64,000 nucleotides of DNA from an uncultured Planctomycetia bacterium (GCA_964415355.1 CAYPYS010000002.1:8048-72047), one strand, 5' to 3'; positions 29,856-39,144 are shown, counted from the stretch's first letter. Numbers and translations: made by a program. The notes: generated by a model not told the origin, from the letters alone.

Positions 29856-31388
29856 ATGAGGGATATGGGGAAGTCCGGAGTTACAGGCATAGCGCGGGAT
29901 TATTTTGATTATATGGCGAGGAATTATCCTGTGATGTGCATGAGCGATGAATTTTATTTCTTCCCGAGGGCGAAGAAGGCAATTGAATATCCGGATATCC
30001 TGGATAGCCTTGATGAAGACAAGATCAAGCAGGATGTCTCGCGCATAAAAAGTCTTAAAAGTAGACTCGAAAAAATAAACCTTCCTGGTACAGACATCGA
30101 AGCGCATATCGATTTTTCTCTCCTCAAACAAAGCATGTCGACATTTTTAAGGGAATTCGGCCAGGTCAAGATATGGCAGACAGATCCTAGTATTTACTTG
30201 AAGATTTCCCTTTTGGGTTGTTGTCTATCAATCAAAAGAATTTCTCAAATACCGCGCTTACTGCAAGAGGGAAAGAGGAATTTAAAAAATGTTCCCGCGG
30301 CCTACCTTGAAGTTGCCAGAGAAATGACAGATGCTTCAATAGCATACCTAGGTTTTGTTGATTTTTCTGGCATAGAGACCAGGTCGATAAAAAAGGCAAT
30401 AGAGGCATTGGAGGAGTTTAAAAGATTTTTGATAAAAATGCCTTCGAGAGACATTATTATTAAAGATAAGAGTCTTATAGAAAGCATATTGAGGGATTCT
30501 TTTTCTTGCGATAAGGATCTTAATGAGATCTTTGAGATAGCATACGAAGAATATCGCAGGACGCTCGAAGAATTAAAGGATGTTGCGGGTAGCGTGAAGG
30601 CTGGGGCGGGATGGAAAAATATACTCTCCGAACACAATATGACTGCAAAGACGCCTGAAGCGCTGTTGACTATGTATACTGATGAAATAAAAAAATTAAA
30701 GGGATTTATTAAAGAAAAAGATGTGATCACTATCCCTGAGATGCAGGACATAGCCGTTGAGTTTACCCCTAAATTTCTGAGGCCTATAAGGGCTTCGGCG
30801 TCCTATAGATCTCCGGTCACAGGGGACAGGCGCGAAGCCGCTTATTTTTACATAACAGCTGATTTCAGCAACGTACACAATGAGTACATATTTGTAAGTG
30901 CGCATGAGACATATCCAGGGCATCACTTATTGGATTCTATAAGACGAGGCATGGAGAACCCTGTCAGGCAGCAGGTCGAATCTCCTTTGTTTTACGAAGG
31001 CTGGGCTTCTTATAGCGAAAGGCTTATTGATAGATTAGGGTATATAAAGGATCCTGTGCATAAGTTATTGGGATTAAAACGCCAGGCGTGGAGGGCTGTA
31101 AGGGCAATGCTGGATGTTGGCATCAGGATCGATAAATTAAAATTTAAAGAGGCTGAGGGCCTGCTTATAGATTTAGGCTATGAACCAAAGATAGCCAGGT
31201 TTATGTTCAGGCATTACGCGCTTTCGCCGGGATATCAGCTGTGCTATACTGTTGGTAAATTCGAGATCGACAGGTTAAGGCAGAAATTTTCTTCTAAGCT
31301 GGGCCTGAAAGGATTTCACGATCTACTTTTGCAGGGCGGCGAGGCTCCGTTCGAGTTGATCGAAAAGAGATTAGAAAGACAAAGTTAG
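29856..31388 (+). CDS. DUF885-family metallopeptidase-like protein
   Basis: HETYPGHH, EGWASYSE, PGYQLCYTVG. Confidence 0.85.
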   Translation: MRDMGKSGVTGIARDYFDYMARNYPVMCMSDEFYFFPRAKKAIEYPDILDSLDEDKIKQDVSRIKSLKSRLEKINLPGTDIEAHIDFSLLKQSMSTFLREFGQVKIWQTDPSIYLKISLLGCCLSIKRISQIPRLLQEGKRNLKNVPAAYLEVAREMTDASIAYLGFVDFSGIETRSIKKAIEALEEFKRFLIKMPSRDIIIKDKSLIESILRDSFSCDKDLNEIFEIAYEEYRRTLEELKDVAGSVKAGAGWKNILSEHNMTAKTPEALLTMYTDEIKKLKGFIKEKDVITIPEMQDIAVEFTPKFLRPIRASASYRSPVTGDRREAAYFYITADFSNVHNEYIFVSAHETYPGHHLLDSIRRGMENPVRQQVESPLFYEGWASYSERLIDRLGYIKDPVHKLLGLKRQAWRAVRAMLDVGIRIDKLKFKEAEGLLIDLGYEPKIARFMFRHYALSPGYQLCYTVGKFEIDRLRQKFSSKLGLKGFHDLLLQGGEAPFELIEKRLERQS

Positions 31389-31390
31389 CC

Positions 31391-31427
31391 TAAGTTTACA
31401 CTTTAACGTTGTTGAAATGTAAAGTTA
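31391..31427 (-). repeat. 37-bp repeat copy 15
   Basis: GCC-TAAG variant. Confidence 0.95.
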
Positions 31428-31440
31428 ACGAGGTGTAAGA

Positions 31441-32817
31441 ATGACAAAGGAGTTTTTAGGGTATCACTCTGAATGGAATCTGGGCAGCCCCGGTGGCTGG
31501 GATTACCAGAAAATGGCCCAGGAGATCGGCAAGATCGCATGGGCGAGGATAAAAAAGAACAGCGGCGTGGATGTCGAGCTGGATTTCGATGACCCGATAT
31601 TAAACCCTGTGCCAAATTTTGCAGAGCTTCTTATGAGGGCGCATCAGAGGAATTTTCCCAAAGAAGACGCTTTTATTGCTATTGTGGCGGAGAAAGAGAC
31701 ACTGGATAAAGTAGGAGAAAATATAAGATTTACCGGGTATCTCAACAGCCTTCCGGGCGTCAAGGCGGTTTTGGTCGACCCGACCAGATTAGAACTGAAA
31801 GATGGCAAGGTTTGCGTCGGTGGGGATAGGTTGACAGCTGTTTTTTTGGATTTTAACAACAATGTCATTGTGAGGTTGAAAAAAACGCATAATATCAATG
31901 GGCTTCTGTCAGCTATAGAGCAGGACTTGGTCACGAATCCAAGAGGCATGGAGCCTGTAGGTGCAAAAGGCGTCTTTGAGATAGTGACTTCAGAGTATAA
32001 AGACAAGCTGTCAGATACGACTGTCAGTAGGACGCCGTGGACAAGGCAGTTTTATAAGCGCGCTACGATAGGGCCTGATGGCAAAGATATCCCTGATCTA
32101 GTGAAATGGGTCAAGGATAATTGGGCTGAAATTATATTAAAACCAGTCCACGGCTATTCCGGAAAAGGCATTATTATAGGACACAAGGAACCTGATAAAG
32201 AAGCAGCCTGTGAGCGCGCGCTAAAAGCCGGCGATTACATTGTGCAGCCACTTGTGCCTATGGATCTGTGGGCTGAGGAATTTCCGTGGATAGACAGAGA
32301 CAAGAAAAGACTTTTTATAAAGCGCTGGCAGACTGATTTTCGCTGCTTTATAACAGATGTCGGGCTCATCGGTTTTGTGACAAGATTCGGCGGGATTCCT
32401 ACGAATGTCGGCTGTGGCGGAGGCGTCCAGAGCAGCGCGATACTGCGCTCTAAGATATCCATAAAAGATGCGGTCAAAAGGGTCAATGAGGCGATTTTGA
32501 ATCTTGGGTTTGATTTTGCCTTGGAGCTGCAGCAGGAGATGGACAAGAGATCCGTAGAGATAGGCAATGTTTATTTGCTAGGGCCTTTGATGAACACATT
32601 AAGGCCGCGTATTATTAATGAGGCGCATGTTGGGCAATTAAAAGAATACGCTCAAAATCTATGGAAGGACGCATTGGTTTTAGAGAAATTATGGATAGAA
32701 GGCAAACTTACTAAGTATGCGCAGATCAGCAAAGCAGAGGAGGACATAGCAAAGCTGGCCTCGTGGAGGGGCAAGCCGGCTTTGCTAGCCTCGGATGGCT
32801 TATTCGGCTTTATCTAA
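31441..32817 (+). CDS. ATP-grasp-fold protein (circularly permuted/GshB-like)
   Basis: ILKPVHGYSGKG, YIVQP, D.R, TNVGCGGG. Confidence 0.65.
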   Translation: MTKEFLGYHSEWNLGSPGGWDYQKMAQEIGKIAWARIKKNSGVDVELDFDDPILNPVPNFAELLMRAHQRNFPKEDAFIAIVAEKETLDKVGENIRFTGYLNSLPGVKAVLVDPTRLELKDGKVCVGGDRLTAVFLDFNNNVIVRLKKTHNINGLLSAIEQDLVTNPRGMEPVGAKGVFEIVTSEYKDKLSDTTVSRTPWTRQFYKRATIGPDGKDIPDLVKWVKDNWAEIILKPVHGYSGKGIIIGHKEPDKEAACERALKAGDYIVQPLVPMDLWAEEFPWIDRDKKRLFIKRWQTDFRCFITDVGLIGFVTRFGGIPTNVGCGGGVQSSAILRSKISIKDAVKRVNEAILNLGFDFALELQQEMDKRSVEIGNVYLLGPLMNTLRPRIINEAHVGQLKEYAQNLWKDALVLEKLWIEGKLTKYAQISKAEEDIAKLASWRGKPALLASDGLFGFI

Positions 32818-32851
32818 CTTTACATTTCAACAATGTTAAAGTGTAAAGTTA
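32815..32851 (+). repeat. 37-bp repeat copy 16 (TAA is a stop codon)
   Basis: TAACTTTACATTTCAACAATGTTAAAGTGTAAAGTTA. Confidence 0.95.
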
Positions 32852-32860
32852 GGGAGGGGT

Positions 32861-33625
32861 ATGAAGGACTGGTGGAAGAAGTTTTTTAATGAGATATATC
32901 TGATCACAGATTCCAGGAGTGTCTGCGATAATGATTTGACGCGCAGGGAAACGGAATTACTGGAAAACATCCTGAAGCTGAACAAGAACGATAGAATTCT
33001 AGATCTCTGCGGGGGGCACGGAAGGCATTCTTTGGAATTAGTGAAGCGAGGTTATAGCGATCTGACGGTACTGGATTTTTCAGATTATCTCATAAGGTTA
33101 GGCAAGAAAATGGCAAAAGAGGCGCGCTGCAAAGTAAAATTTGTGCGTCGCGACGCGCGCTTCAGCGGGCTAAAATCAGACGATTACTCCGCGATATTCA
33201 TAATGGCCAATTCATTCGGTTATTTTCCGGACGAGAAAGAAAATAGCCGTATTTTAAAAGAGGTTCATAGATTATTAAAAAAAGGAGGCAGGTTATTATT
33301 GGACATAGTCGATCCCAGCCATGTAAAAAATAACCTTAAGTCTATTTCCTGGCACGAGGCTAATAGTGACGTGTTGGTGTGTCGGCAGAGGCAGCTCGAA
33401 GGTGATATTGTAAAAGCCAGAGAAATAGTGCTATCGAAAAAAAGGGGGCTTTTGAGAGACGGTTTTTATTGCGAAAGGATTTATAATAAGGATACAATCG
33501 CGCGTCTTTTAAAAACCGCCGGTTTTAGCGCGGTTTCCGTAAAAAAAGGAGTGTCTTTACATAGGCAGAAGAGAGACTATGGTTTTCTGACATCCAGGAT
33601 GTTTGTAACAGCGGTTAAAAAATAA
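32861..33625 (+). CDS. Class I SAM-dependent methyltransferase
   Basis: ILDLCGGHGRH, NSFGYF, LKKGG. Confidence 0.9.
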   Translation: MKDWWKKFFNEIYLITDSRSVCDNDLTRRETELLENILKLNKNDRILDLCGGHGRHSLELVKRGYSDLTVLDFSDYLIRLGKKMAKEARCKVKFVRRDARFSGLKSDDYSAIFIMANSFGYFPDEKENSRILKEVHRLLKKGGRLLLDIVDPSHVKNNLKSISWHEANSDVLVCRQRQLEGDIVKAREIVLSKKRGLLRDGFYCERIYNKDTIARLLKTAGFSAVSVKKGVSLHRQKRDYGFLTSRMFVTAVKK

Positions 33626-33635
33626 GGAGTCAGAC

Positions 33636-34313
33636 ATGAAGCTATGCAAGGTTTTTATTTTTGCGATATTTTTAATAAGCTTCGCGCTTAGCGGTCGCGC
33701 GACGGCTGGCGAGAACAAATGGGTTGATCTAGTAGAGGAATGCGGCAAGGTTCTGGGCGAGATACAGAAGATGCCTGACCAGAGCATCCCGGAAGATCTT
33801 ATTTTTAAATGTGAGGCTATTGCTATTTTCCCGAATACAATATCTGCTGGCTTGGGCATTGGCGGTAAATATGGCCAGGGCGTAATCATGGTGCGCAATA
33901 AAAGCGGTTCTGGTTGGTCGAGCCCAGCTATCTTCACTCTGGCAGGAGGGAGCCTTGGTTGGCAGATAGGAGGTCAGGCAACAGATATAGTCCTCCTTAT
34001 AATGAACAGACGTAGCGTAGACGGGATATTGCAGGGTAAATTCAAACTTGGCGCAGATGCTGGCGTGTCAGCAGGGCCTGTTGGCAGGAATGCCGAGGCA
34101 TCGACAGATGCGCAGTTAAGAGGCGGGATTCTTTCTTACTCCAGGAGCAGGGGGTTGTTTGCCGGAGTCAAACTAGAAGGAGCTGTTATTAAAGAGCACA
34201 AGGACGGCAATGCTACTCTTTACGGCCAGGCCTTGTCAGCAGACGAGATCTTGATTCGGGGCAAAGGTAGCATGCCTAAAGAGGCAGGCCAGATCGTGAG
34301 GATTTTAAGATAG
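33636..34313 (+). CDS. SYLF/Ysc84 lipid-binding protein
   Basis: GGKYGQG, WSSP, G.QIGGQ, YSRSRGLFAG. Confidence 0.9.
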   Translation: MKLCKVFIFAIFLISFALSGRATAGENKWVDLVEECGKVLGEIQKMPDQSIPEDLIFKCEAIAIFPNTISAGLGIGGKYGQGVIMVRNKSGSGWSSPAIFTLAGGSLGWQIGGQATDIVLLIMNRRSVDGILQGKFKLGADAGVSAGPVGRNAEASTDAQLRGGILSYSRSRGLFAGVKLEGAVIKEHKDGNATLYGQALSADEILIRGKGSMPKEAGQIVRILR

Positions 34314-34324
34314 CGCTTCCCTGT

Positions 34325-34361
34325 TAAGTATACATTTCAACAATGTTAAAATGTATACTTA
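34325..34361 (+). repeat. 37-bp repeat copy 17 (identical to copy 3)
   Basis: TAAGTATACATTTCAACAATGTTAAAATGTATACTTA. Confidence 0.95.
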
Positions 34362-34452
34362 TGAGGTGCGGTTGTAGGCTGAAAATGTGAAATTGTGCAA
34401 TTTGACTATTTCGCAAAATATGGTATACTTATAGTAGACAATTAAATAAGTG

Positions 34453-34546
34453 CTCCGTAAAAGGGCAACTTATCTGAAAGGGTAAGGCGCAAAGCCAGGT
34501 GCCTAAAGCCGCATGAAGCGGACAAGGTCGACCAGCTGCCGTAGAG
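34453..34546 (+). ncRNA. c-di-GMP-I riboswitch with terminator at about 34556-34609
   Basis: GGGCAAC..GAAAG..GGCGCAAAGCC..GCCTAAAG..CCAGCTGCCG; TTGACT..TATACT promoter. Confidence 0.88.
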
Positions 34547-34635
34547 AAGATATTGAGCCTTATCCTTTCAGACGGCTATCTAGCTTGAAAGAATAAGGCG
34601 TTTTTTTTGAAATAAATAAAAGGGAGTGATGAGTC

Positions 34636-35268
34636 ATGGTAGGCAAGACTAATAATAATGGTAATGGCGGGTTAAAGGCAGGCCGCGTGGTAGTAAATCT
34701 CACCCGCGAAGAGCTCGAATTCATAGACAATATAGGCAGGGATGCCTTGTTTACTACAGGGAAACGCCTGACCAATAATAAGATTATCTGTGCCTTTATC
34801 AGTGTTATGAGAGAGATAAAGATAAAGGGTGATGGTTTGTATAATGCCAAGGAGCTGAAAAATAGGATACTTGTGAAATTAAGAATAAAGGAAGAACAGA
34901 GGATATATCCTAGATTTAAAAAAGAAGTGACGGTTTCATGGCGCAAGGCGTCATCGGACGAGAAGCATGAAGAAGGCCTTGCATCTGATATATGTGAAGG
35001 CGGATTTAGGATAGAGTTAAAAGAAGAGAGAAAAATCGGAGAACTTCTTGAATTTGCGATAAATGACCCTGACGAGCCATACAGCCCTATTACGCTATTT
35101 GGTCATATCTGCTGGATAAAAAAACGAGACGAAGATAGCGGATTAGAGGCAGGCATTAAAATAACCGAGCTCGCCGAGAAAGACAGGCCTAGATTTAGCA
35201 GGCTGCTTTACAAGGAATTTTACCCTGGTTTTTATTCTACCAAAAGAAAAGACCTCTCTAAGAAATAA
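34636..35268 (+). CDS. PilZ-domain protein with an N-terminal ribbon-helix-helix-like domain
   Basis: RIYPR and DICEGG PilZ motifs. Confidence 0.8.
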   Translation: MVGKTNNNGNGGLKAGRVVVNLTREELEFIDNIGRDALFTTGKRLTNNKIICAFISVMREIKIKGDGLYNAKELKNRILVKLRIKEEQRIYPRFKKEVTVSWRKASSDEKHEEGLASDICEGGFRIELKEERKIGELLEFAINDPDEPYSPITLFGHICWIKKRDEDSGLEAGIKITELAEKDRPRFSRLLYKEFYPGFYSTKRKDLSKK

Positions 35269-35290
35269 ATCTCTTTTGATTTTACCCCGC

Positions 35291-35327
35291 TAACTTTACA
35301 ATTTAACGTTGTTGAAATGTAAAGTTA
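35291..35327 (-). repeat. 37-bp repeat copy 18
   Basis: TAACTTTACAATTTAACGTTGTTGAAATGTAAAGTTA. Confidence 0.95.
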
Positions 35328-35368
35328 GGCGTTGTCTTTGCTCTCCCCGTGTGCTAATATAATGAAAT

Positions 35369-35785
35369 ATGAAGACGTGCACAGAGTACCTGACGTTTAA
35401 TACAAAAAATCGATACGAGATTATAAATATCACTCCTCATGTTGAGCAGGCCCTCAGAAAGAGCAAGGTAAAAGAGGGCCTTTGCCTTGTAAACAGTATG
35501 CATATTACATCCAGTATTTTTATCAATGATAACGAAAGCGGGCTGCACCAGGATTTTATGGAGTGGGTCGAAAAGCTCGCACCTTACAATGTAAAAAAAT
35601 ACAAACACAATCTGACTGGCGAAGATAATGCTGACGCGCACTTAAAAAGGACTCTGATGGGAAGAGAGGTCGTGGTTGCCGTCACTGGCGGCGAGCTTGA
35701 TTTTGGGCCATGGGAGCAGATATTCTATGGCGAATTCGACGGCCAGCGCGACAAAAGGATCCTTGTAAAGATTATAGGCGAATAA
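35369..35785 (+). CDS. yjbQ: YjbQ/UPF0047 family protein
   Basis: [27 protein letters not shown]. Confidence 0.9.
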   Translation: MKTCTEYLTFNTKNRYEIINITPHVEQALRKSKVKEGLCLVNSMHITSSIFINDNESGLHQDFMEWVEKLAPYNVKKYKHNLTGEDNADAHLKRTLMGREVVVAVTGGELDFGPWEQIFYGEFDGQRDKRILVKIIGE

Positions 35786-35795
35786 GGAGGTACTC

Positions 35796-36212
35796 GTGGT
35801 GAAGAATTTGGTGAGGACAAAAGAAATCAGTGTAGGGCTTAGAAATGAAGTCGGCGTATTGGCGCGCATGATGTCATTTTTAGTCAATCACGGGATAAAC
35901 GTAGAGGCGATAGCAGGGTATTCTGACAGGACCGGCACGCAAGGCAGCCTTATATTTATAACCAATAACAATCGAAAAACTATCGCTGAATTGATAAATA
36001 ACGGGTATGATGATATCGAGGAAAGAGACGTAATCGTCGCAGAGCTTGAGAATAAACCAGGGACACTGAAGAATCTTTCCGAGCTCCTTGCCTCTAACGG
36101 CGTGAATATAGAATATATGTATTGTACGACCTGTTCAGGCGGCTGTGCGGCCAAGATAGTATTCGCTGCTTCGAATAATGACGTGGCGTTCGGGCTTCTG
36201 AATTCGAAATAG
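35796..36212 (+). CDS. Tandem ACT-domain protein
   Basis: NEVGVLA..GINVE; NKPGTL..GVNIEYMY. Confidence 0.85.
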   Translation: MVKNLVRTKEISVGLRNEVGVLARMMSFLVNHGINVEAIAGYSDRTGTQGSLIFITNNNRKTIAELINNGYDDIEERDVIVAELENKPGTLKNLSELLASNGVNIEYMYCTTCSGGCAAKIVFAASNNDVAFGLLNSK

Positions 36213-36252
36213 AAATAAAAACACGGGTTAAAAACCAGAAGGAGGGATTATT

Positions 36253-36363
36253 ATGAGTTGGGGATTATTTGGACAGATAGTGTTATTGATAGTGATCCAT
36301 TCATTTGCGAAGTGCTTTGTAAGGTGCATGCACGATACTCTTTGCAAGGTCTGCAAGAAATAA
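36253..36363 (+). CDS. Small membrane protein with Cys/His tail (36 aa, not in the ORF track)
   Basis: RBS GGAGGG; MSWGLFGQIVLLIVIHSFAKCFVRCMHDTLCKVCKK*. Confidence 0.6.
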   Translation: MSWGLFGQIVLLIVIHSFAKCFVRCMHDTLCKVCKK

Positions 36364-36403
36364 CCAGGAAGGCTGAGGCAGAAAACAGAAAGGGAGCGCA
36401 GCC

Positions 36404-36440
36404 TAAGTTTACACTTTAACGTTGTTGAAATGTAAAGTTA
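36404..36440 (-). repeat. 37-bp repeat copy 19
   Basis: GCC-TAAG variant. Confidence 0.95.
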
Positions 36441-36486
36441 GAGAGCTTTCTGCTTACAAAGCGAAGATCGACGCTGGGGAGGCGTT

Positions 36487-37017
36487 ATGCAGGACCAGGG
36501 ATTAAAAGAAACACTTAAAAAGGCGCTGGAGATGGAGGAAAAGGGTTACCGTTTCTACAGAGATTCTTCGAATAAGATAGAAAATGAGATAACGAAAAAG
36601 ACCTTTAAGTTTCTAGCTAATAATGAGCTCTTGCATATAAAGAGCATCAAGGATTTTTACGAGACCCTGGTGAAAAGCGGAGAATTCCCAAAGCTAGCTA
36701 TTGATAAGTTAAGAGACAAGAGAATAGAGGAGCTGAGTATATTTTCAAAGAATATCAATGAGTTAAAGGAGAAAATAAAGCCAAGCGACAGTGACAAGGA
36801 AGCGTGTGAGTTTGCGATAGATTTTGAAAATGCAGGCTACGCTTACTACGAGAAAATGCTAAAAGAGGCGAAGGATGACAATCTGAAGAGGCTTTTGGAA
36901 TTTTTGCTGGGAGAGGAAAAGAAGCACTGTGAGGCTATTATGACATTGCATTCGTTTATAACGGACTCAGCCAACTGGTACATGTATGAAGAAGGGTCTT
37001 TTCCCCAGGGAGGGTAG
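36487..37017 (+). CDS. Rubrerythrin/ferritin-like protein
   Basis: Two E..G..FY/E..H di-iron motifs. Confidence 0.85.
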   Translation: MQDQGLKETLKKALEMEEKGYRFYRDSSNKIENEITKKTFKFLANNELLHIKSIKDFYETLVKSGEFPKLAIDKLRDKRIEELSIFSKNINELKEKIKPSDSDKEACEFAIDFENAGYAYYEKMLKEAKDDNLKRLLEFLLGEEKKHCEAIMTLHSFITDSANWYMYEEGSFPQGG

Positions 37018-37018
37018 C

Positions 37019-37531
37019 GTGAAAAGCATAGGCAAGGTAACTCTTAAAGGTAATTCCCTCACGCTGGTAGGCGACGGAGGGCGGATCGGAGAAAAAGCGC
37101 CTGAATTCAAGGCGTTAAATAACAGCCTTGAAGAGGTGACCCTCGATAAGTTTAAGAATAAGATCAAGCTGATCGCGTCGGTTCCGTCTTTGGATACGCC
37201 TGTCTGCGACTCGGAAATAAAGAGATTCAATGACGAGGCAGCGGCATTGAGCAAAGACATTGCTATAATTTTTATTTCCATGGATCTTCCTTTTGCGCAG
37301 AAAAGGTTCTGTCAGGATTTTGACATAAGCAAGGTGGAGACCCTCTCTGACCATAGAGATGCTGACTTTGGAGAGAAATACGGGATCCTTATAAAGGAGC
37401 TCAGGCTTTTGGCCAGGGCTATTTTTATCATCGATAAAAAGGACGTGATACGGTATATAGAGCTTGTGCCTGAGGTATCCTCGCCGCCGGATTACGAAAA
37501 GGCATTAAAGGCGTTAAAGGAAAATTTATAG
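37019..37531 (+). CDS. tpx: Thiol peroxidase
   Basis: VPSLDTPVC, SMDLPFAQKRFC, LARA; GTG start after GGAGG. Confidence 0.92.
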   Translation: MKSIGKVTLKGNSLTLVGDGGRIGEKAPEFKALNNSLEEVTLDKFKNKIKLIASVPSLDTPVCDSEIKRFNDEAAALSKDIAIIFISMDLPFAQKRFCQDFDISKVETLSDHRDADFGEKYGILIKELRLLARAIFIIDKKDVIRYIELVPEVSSPPDYEKALKALKENL

Positions 37532-37544
37532 AAAGGGGTCGCGC

Positions 37545-37694
37545 ATGGCTGGATCTACGATACGGGTATTTAAGATGAAGAACCGCAGGGGGTTTGCAGC
37601 GATCTGCTGTGGACATTTGACAGAAGGCCGGACGCGCGAGCAGGCAAAGGACAGGATGCAAAAGGCGTTAAAGAGAAAGAAAAAGAGAATTTAA
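37545..37694 (+). CDS. Small basic protein (49 aa, HicB-N-like fold; not in the ORF track)
   Basis: RBS AAGGGG; MAGSTIRVFKMKNRRGFAAICCGHLTEGRTREQAKDRMQKALKRKKKRI*. Confidence 0.6.
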   Translation: MAGSTIRVFKMKNRRGFAAICCGHLTEGRTREQAKDRMQKALKRKKKRI

Positions 37695-37717
37695 CCTTAC
37701 CAATATTACTACGGATC

Positions 37718-38749
37718 ATGCCTTCCTTTCCCGATATAAAAGATTTCACCTTAAGAGAACTGGAAAAAGATTTTTTGGATCTTGGCGAGCCACGTTATAG
37801 AGCGAAGCAGGTCTTCGAGTGGCTTTATAAAAAGGGTGTGTCTGATTTTGGAAGAATGAAAAACCTGCCATCAGGTTTTATAGACACATTAAATAAGAAT
37901 TATTCCGCGGGCGATATGGGGCTGGAGGAGCGGCGCAGGTCAAGAGAGGGCGCTGAGAAATTTGTGTTTAGGTTGGAAGACGATAAGCTTATAGAGACGG
38001 TTGTGCTATATGCCGGGAAGAGAAAGACAGTCTGTATTTCCACGCAGGTGGGCTGCAAATTTGCCTGTCCTTTTTGCGCGAGCGGGAAGCAGGGCTTTAC
38101 GAGAAACCTCAGGCCTTCTGAGATAACAGGGCAGGTACTTTTTTTAAAGAGCAATTTGCGCTATGATCTTACCAATTATGTCTTTATGGGCATGGGCGAG
38201 CCGCTGGACAACTATGAAAACCTGGCAAGGTCTATAATCATCATGAATTCAGAAGAAGGGCTCGGTATAGGCTCGAGAAGATTCACTGTGTCGACCTGCG
38301 GGATCGCACCCGGCATCGACGAGCTAAAGGGTCTGGGTCTGCAGGTAAATCTCTCGATATCCCTTCACGCGACAAATGACCCTCTCAGGAACATCCTTGT
38401 GCCTGTGAACAGGCGTTATCCGCTCGAGAAGCTTTTTAGGGCGTGCGAGAGGTATATAGAAGGCGTAGGGAGGCTTATAACGCTCGAGTATGTTTTGATA
38501 AAGGGTATAAATGATTCTACAAAGGATGCCTTGAGGCTTGGCGATATAGCGTGGAGGCTGCACGCCAAGGTAAATCTCATAAGATGCAGCGTGGTCGAGG
38601 GATGCGGCTACGAACCGCCTTCTGAAGACAGGGTGGATTTATTCACGAACACGCTTAAAAGGAAAAAGATAAAGGTTACATTGCGTAAATCCAAGGGCAG
38701 TGACATAGGTGCTGCGTGCGGCCAATTAGCCGGCTCTCTTCCCAGGTAA
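37718..38749 (+). CDS. rlmN: 23S rRNA A2503 C2-methyltransferase
   Basis: CISTQVGCKFACPFC, MGMGEP, AACGQL. Confidence 0.95.
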   Translation: MPSFPDIKDFTLRELEKDFLDLGEPRYRAKQVFEWLYKKGVSDFGRMKNLPSGFIDTLNKNYSAGDMGLEERRRSREGAEKFVFRLEDDKLIETVVLYAGKRKTVCISTQVGCKFACPFCASGKQGFTRNLRPSEITGQVLFLKSNLRYDLTNYVFMGMGEPLDNYENLARSIIIMNSEEGLGIGSRRFTVSTCGIAPGIDELKGLGLQVNLSISLHATNDPLRNILVPVNRRYPLEKLFRACERYIEGVGRLITLEYVLIKGINDSTKDALRLGDIAWRLHAKVNLIRCSVVEGCGYEPPSEDRVDLFTNTLKRKKIKVTLRKSKGSDIGAACGQLAGSLPR

Positions 38750-38760
38750 TTTTGCTCGCC

Positions 38761-38954
38761 TAAGTTTACAATATAACACAAGTTACTCGCTTCGCTCGTA
38801 ACTTGTTTCAAAGGGGTTTTACCCCTATGACGCTACGCAATGTTTCTTTTCGTCACATTGCTCCACTGTTACCCCTCGAGGGACTGCCTGCAGCCCCTCG
38901 AGCTCCCCAGTTGCATGGAATTTTAATTCCATGCAATGTTGAAATGTAAAGTTA
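38761..38954 (-). mobile_element. 194-bp expanded repeat (copy 20), MITE/REPIN-like
   Basis: Same length and architecture as 28997-29190. Confidence 0.75.
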
Positions 38955-39144
38955 GCACATAATCCCCCTCCTTGAAAGTAAGCGCTTTCTATGGTATACT
39001 AATAATATAAAAGATCATCCACATTCTTTCGGAAATAGTTGTTTTTGTTTCTGACATATCTAAGACAGAGTTAAGTTTTATTTAATATTTTTAGAGAAAA
39101 AATAATACAAAAGGTCGCTTTTTCTTAAGGGAGGTTTTTTCTCT

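Noticed and set aside
2491-34546. GEMM-Ib (cGAMP-sensing) assignment for the riboswitches
   Set aside because: All three have G at the position equivalent to Vc2 G20, consistent with c-di-GMP
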